The notes under the pieces: generated by a model
The model's database searches: none
What the model was told of the DNA's origin: nothing
What the model saw: only the letters and a program-made list of their open reading frames with translations
Position numbers and translations under genes: made by a program
In this document: positions 63,225 through 64,000 of the stretch, in pieces
Numbering within the stretch: the first letter of the stretch is position 1
Layout of the letters: each line of letters begins with the position of its first letter
Assembly: GCF_006345805.1 (NCBI RefSeq)
Contig: NC_043005.1
Span: 70,432,001-70,496,000, forward strand
DNA: 64,000 nt
Reading direction: 5' to 3'
Source of the DNA: Octopus sinensis
Taxonomy: Eukaryota

Positions 63225-63469
63225 TAGAAAATAAACGTCTTAGGCATATAAAATGAGATAACATGAGATATCAAGGTGTTATAAACTTGAAACTTACTAG
63301 AATATCATAGATTATATATCAAGTCATCCAGTCAGTTCTGTCCAATTTTACCTTTTTTTTAGATTTGAATGAAATTTAATAGTATTTGCAAACGTCTAAT
63401 TCAATTAAGAATTATTTTTATGCATTTGTGTACGTTTAAACTGATTCAATATTGTTTTACAAAATAATA

Positions 63470-64000
63470 GACGGTATCCACAAAGTCTGCGTACATGGGA
63501 ATTAACACATACTTTTAAAACAAAACAATTTTATTTAATTATAATGTTAATAAATAATATTTTCAAAGTGATTTCCATCATTTTTCAATGCATAACTTGA
63601 TGCGCCTTGCAAAATTCAGGTGAACTTGATTAAATAAGTCTACATTGCCATCAATTTCAGCACACTGACTGGTAATGCGTTCTCTCATGTGTTTTAAATC
63701 TGTAATCTTTATTGAGTAAACTTTCTCTTTCAACATACCCCAGAAAAAGAAATCAAGGGGAGAAAGGTCTGGTGAACGAGGGGACCATTCCATATGACCC
63801 CTTCTTCCAATCTAGTGAGGAGGAAAAGTGTCATTAAATCAATCTCTAACAGTTGTGGCAAAATGGGTAGGGGCCCCATCCTGCTGAATCCAATTCGGAA
63901 GGCCCTCGCCTAGGCGCTCAATTTAAGATATTAATTTGTCTCTCAATATATTTGCATAAGTCTCATCCGTTACATGTTCAATGAAGAAGGGTCCTAGAAC
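63470..64000 (-). mobile_element. Tc1/mariner-superfamily DD41D (rosa-type) remnant running off the window
   Basis: WIQQDGAPTH...D*FNDTFPPH*IGRRG..EWSPRSPDLSPLDFFFWG. There are 41 residues between the QQD and PLD aspartates, and two Trp codons have become stops. TA plus TIR-like end at 63468. Confidence 0.85.

Overview
AT-rich, microsatellite-dense eukaryotic DNA. The SINE set and overall texture point to a coleoid cephalopod (Octopus-like); this is an inference. No host gene can be called with confidence, only two weak minus-strand exon candidates. Most track ORFs are microsatellite artefacts. Supportable content: (1) a full-length R4/Dong-clade non-LTR retrotransposon (13157-~17095, minus; RT, CCHC, RLE endonuclease) plus a truncated second Dong copy, both in (TAA)n; (2) a decayed RTE LINE, a third Dong fragment and degenerate Penelope-like remnants; (3) mariner, pogo/Tigger and DD41D remnants, a TA-flanked MITE, two non-autonomous Helitrons and a TIR-bounded element encoding an XPG/PIN-like fragment; (4) many tRNA-derived SINEs. 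The most striking signal is seven type-I hammerhead-ribozyme (HHR) motifs at six loci, from about five unrelated sequence families. Most have short palindromic helix III. They sit in unusual carriers: the loop of a perfect 178-bp hairpin (26.1-26.5 kb), both arms of a foldback (10.5-10.9 kb), a SINE-like element with a B-box (12.9 and 31.1 kb), a TIR-bounded mini-element (18.4 kb) and a (TA)n-adjacent element (2.8 kb). Most copies carry point defects. All alignments and folds were done by eye.
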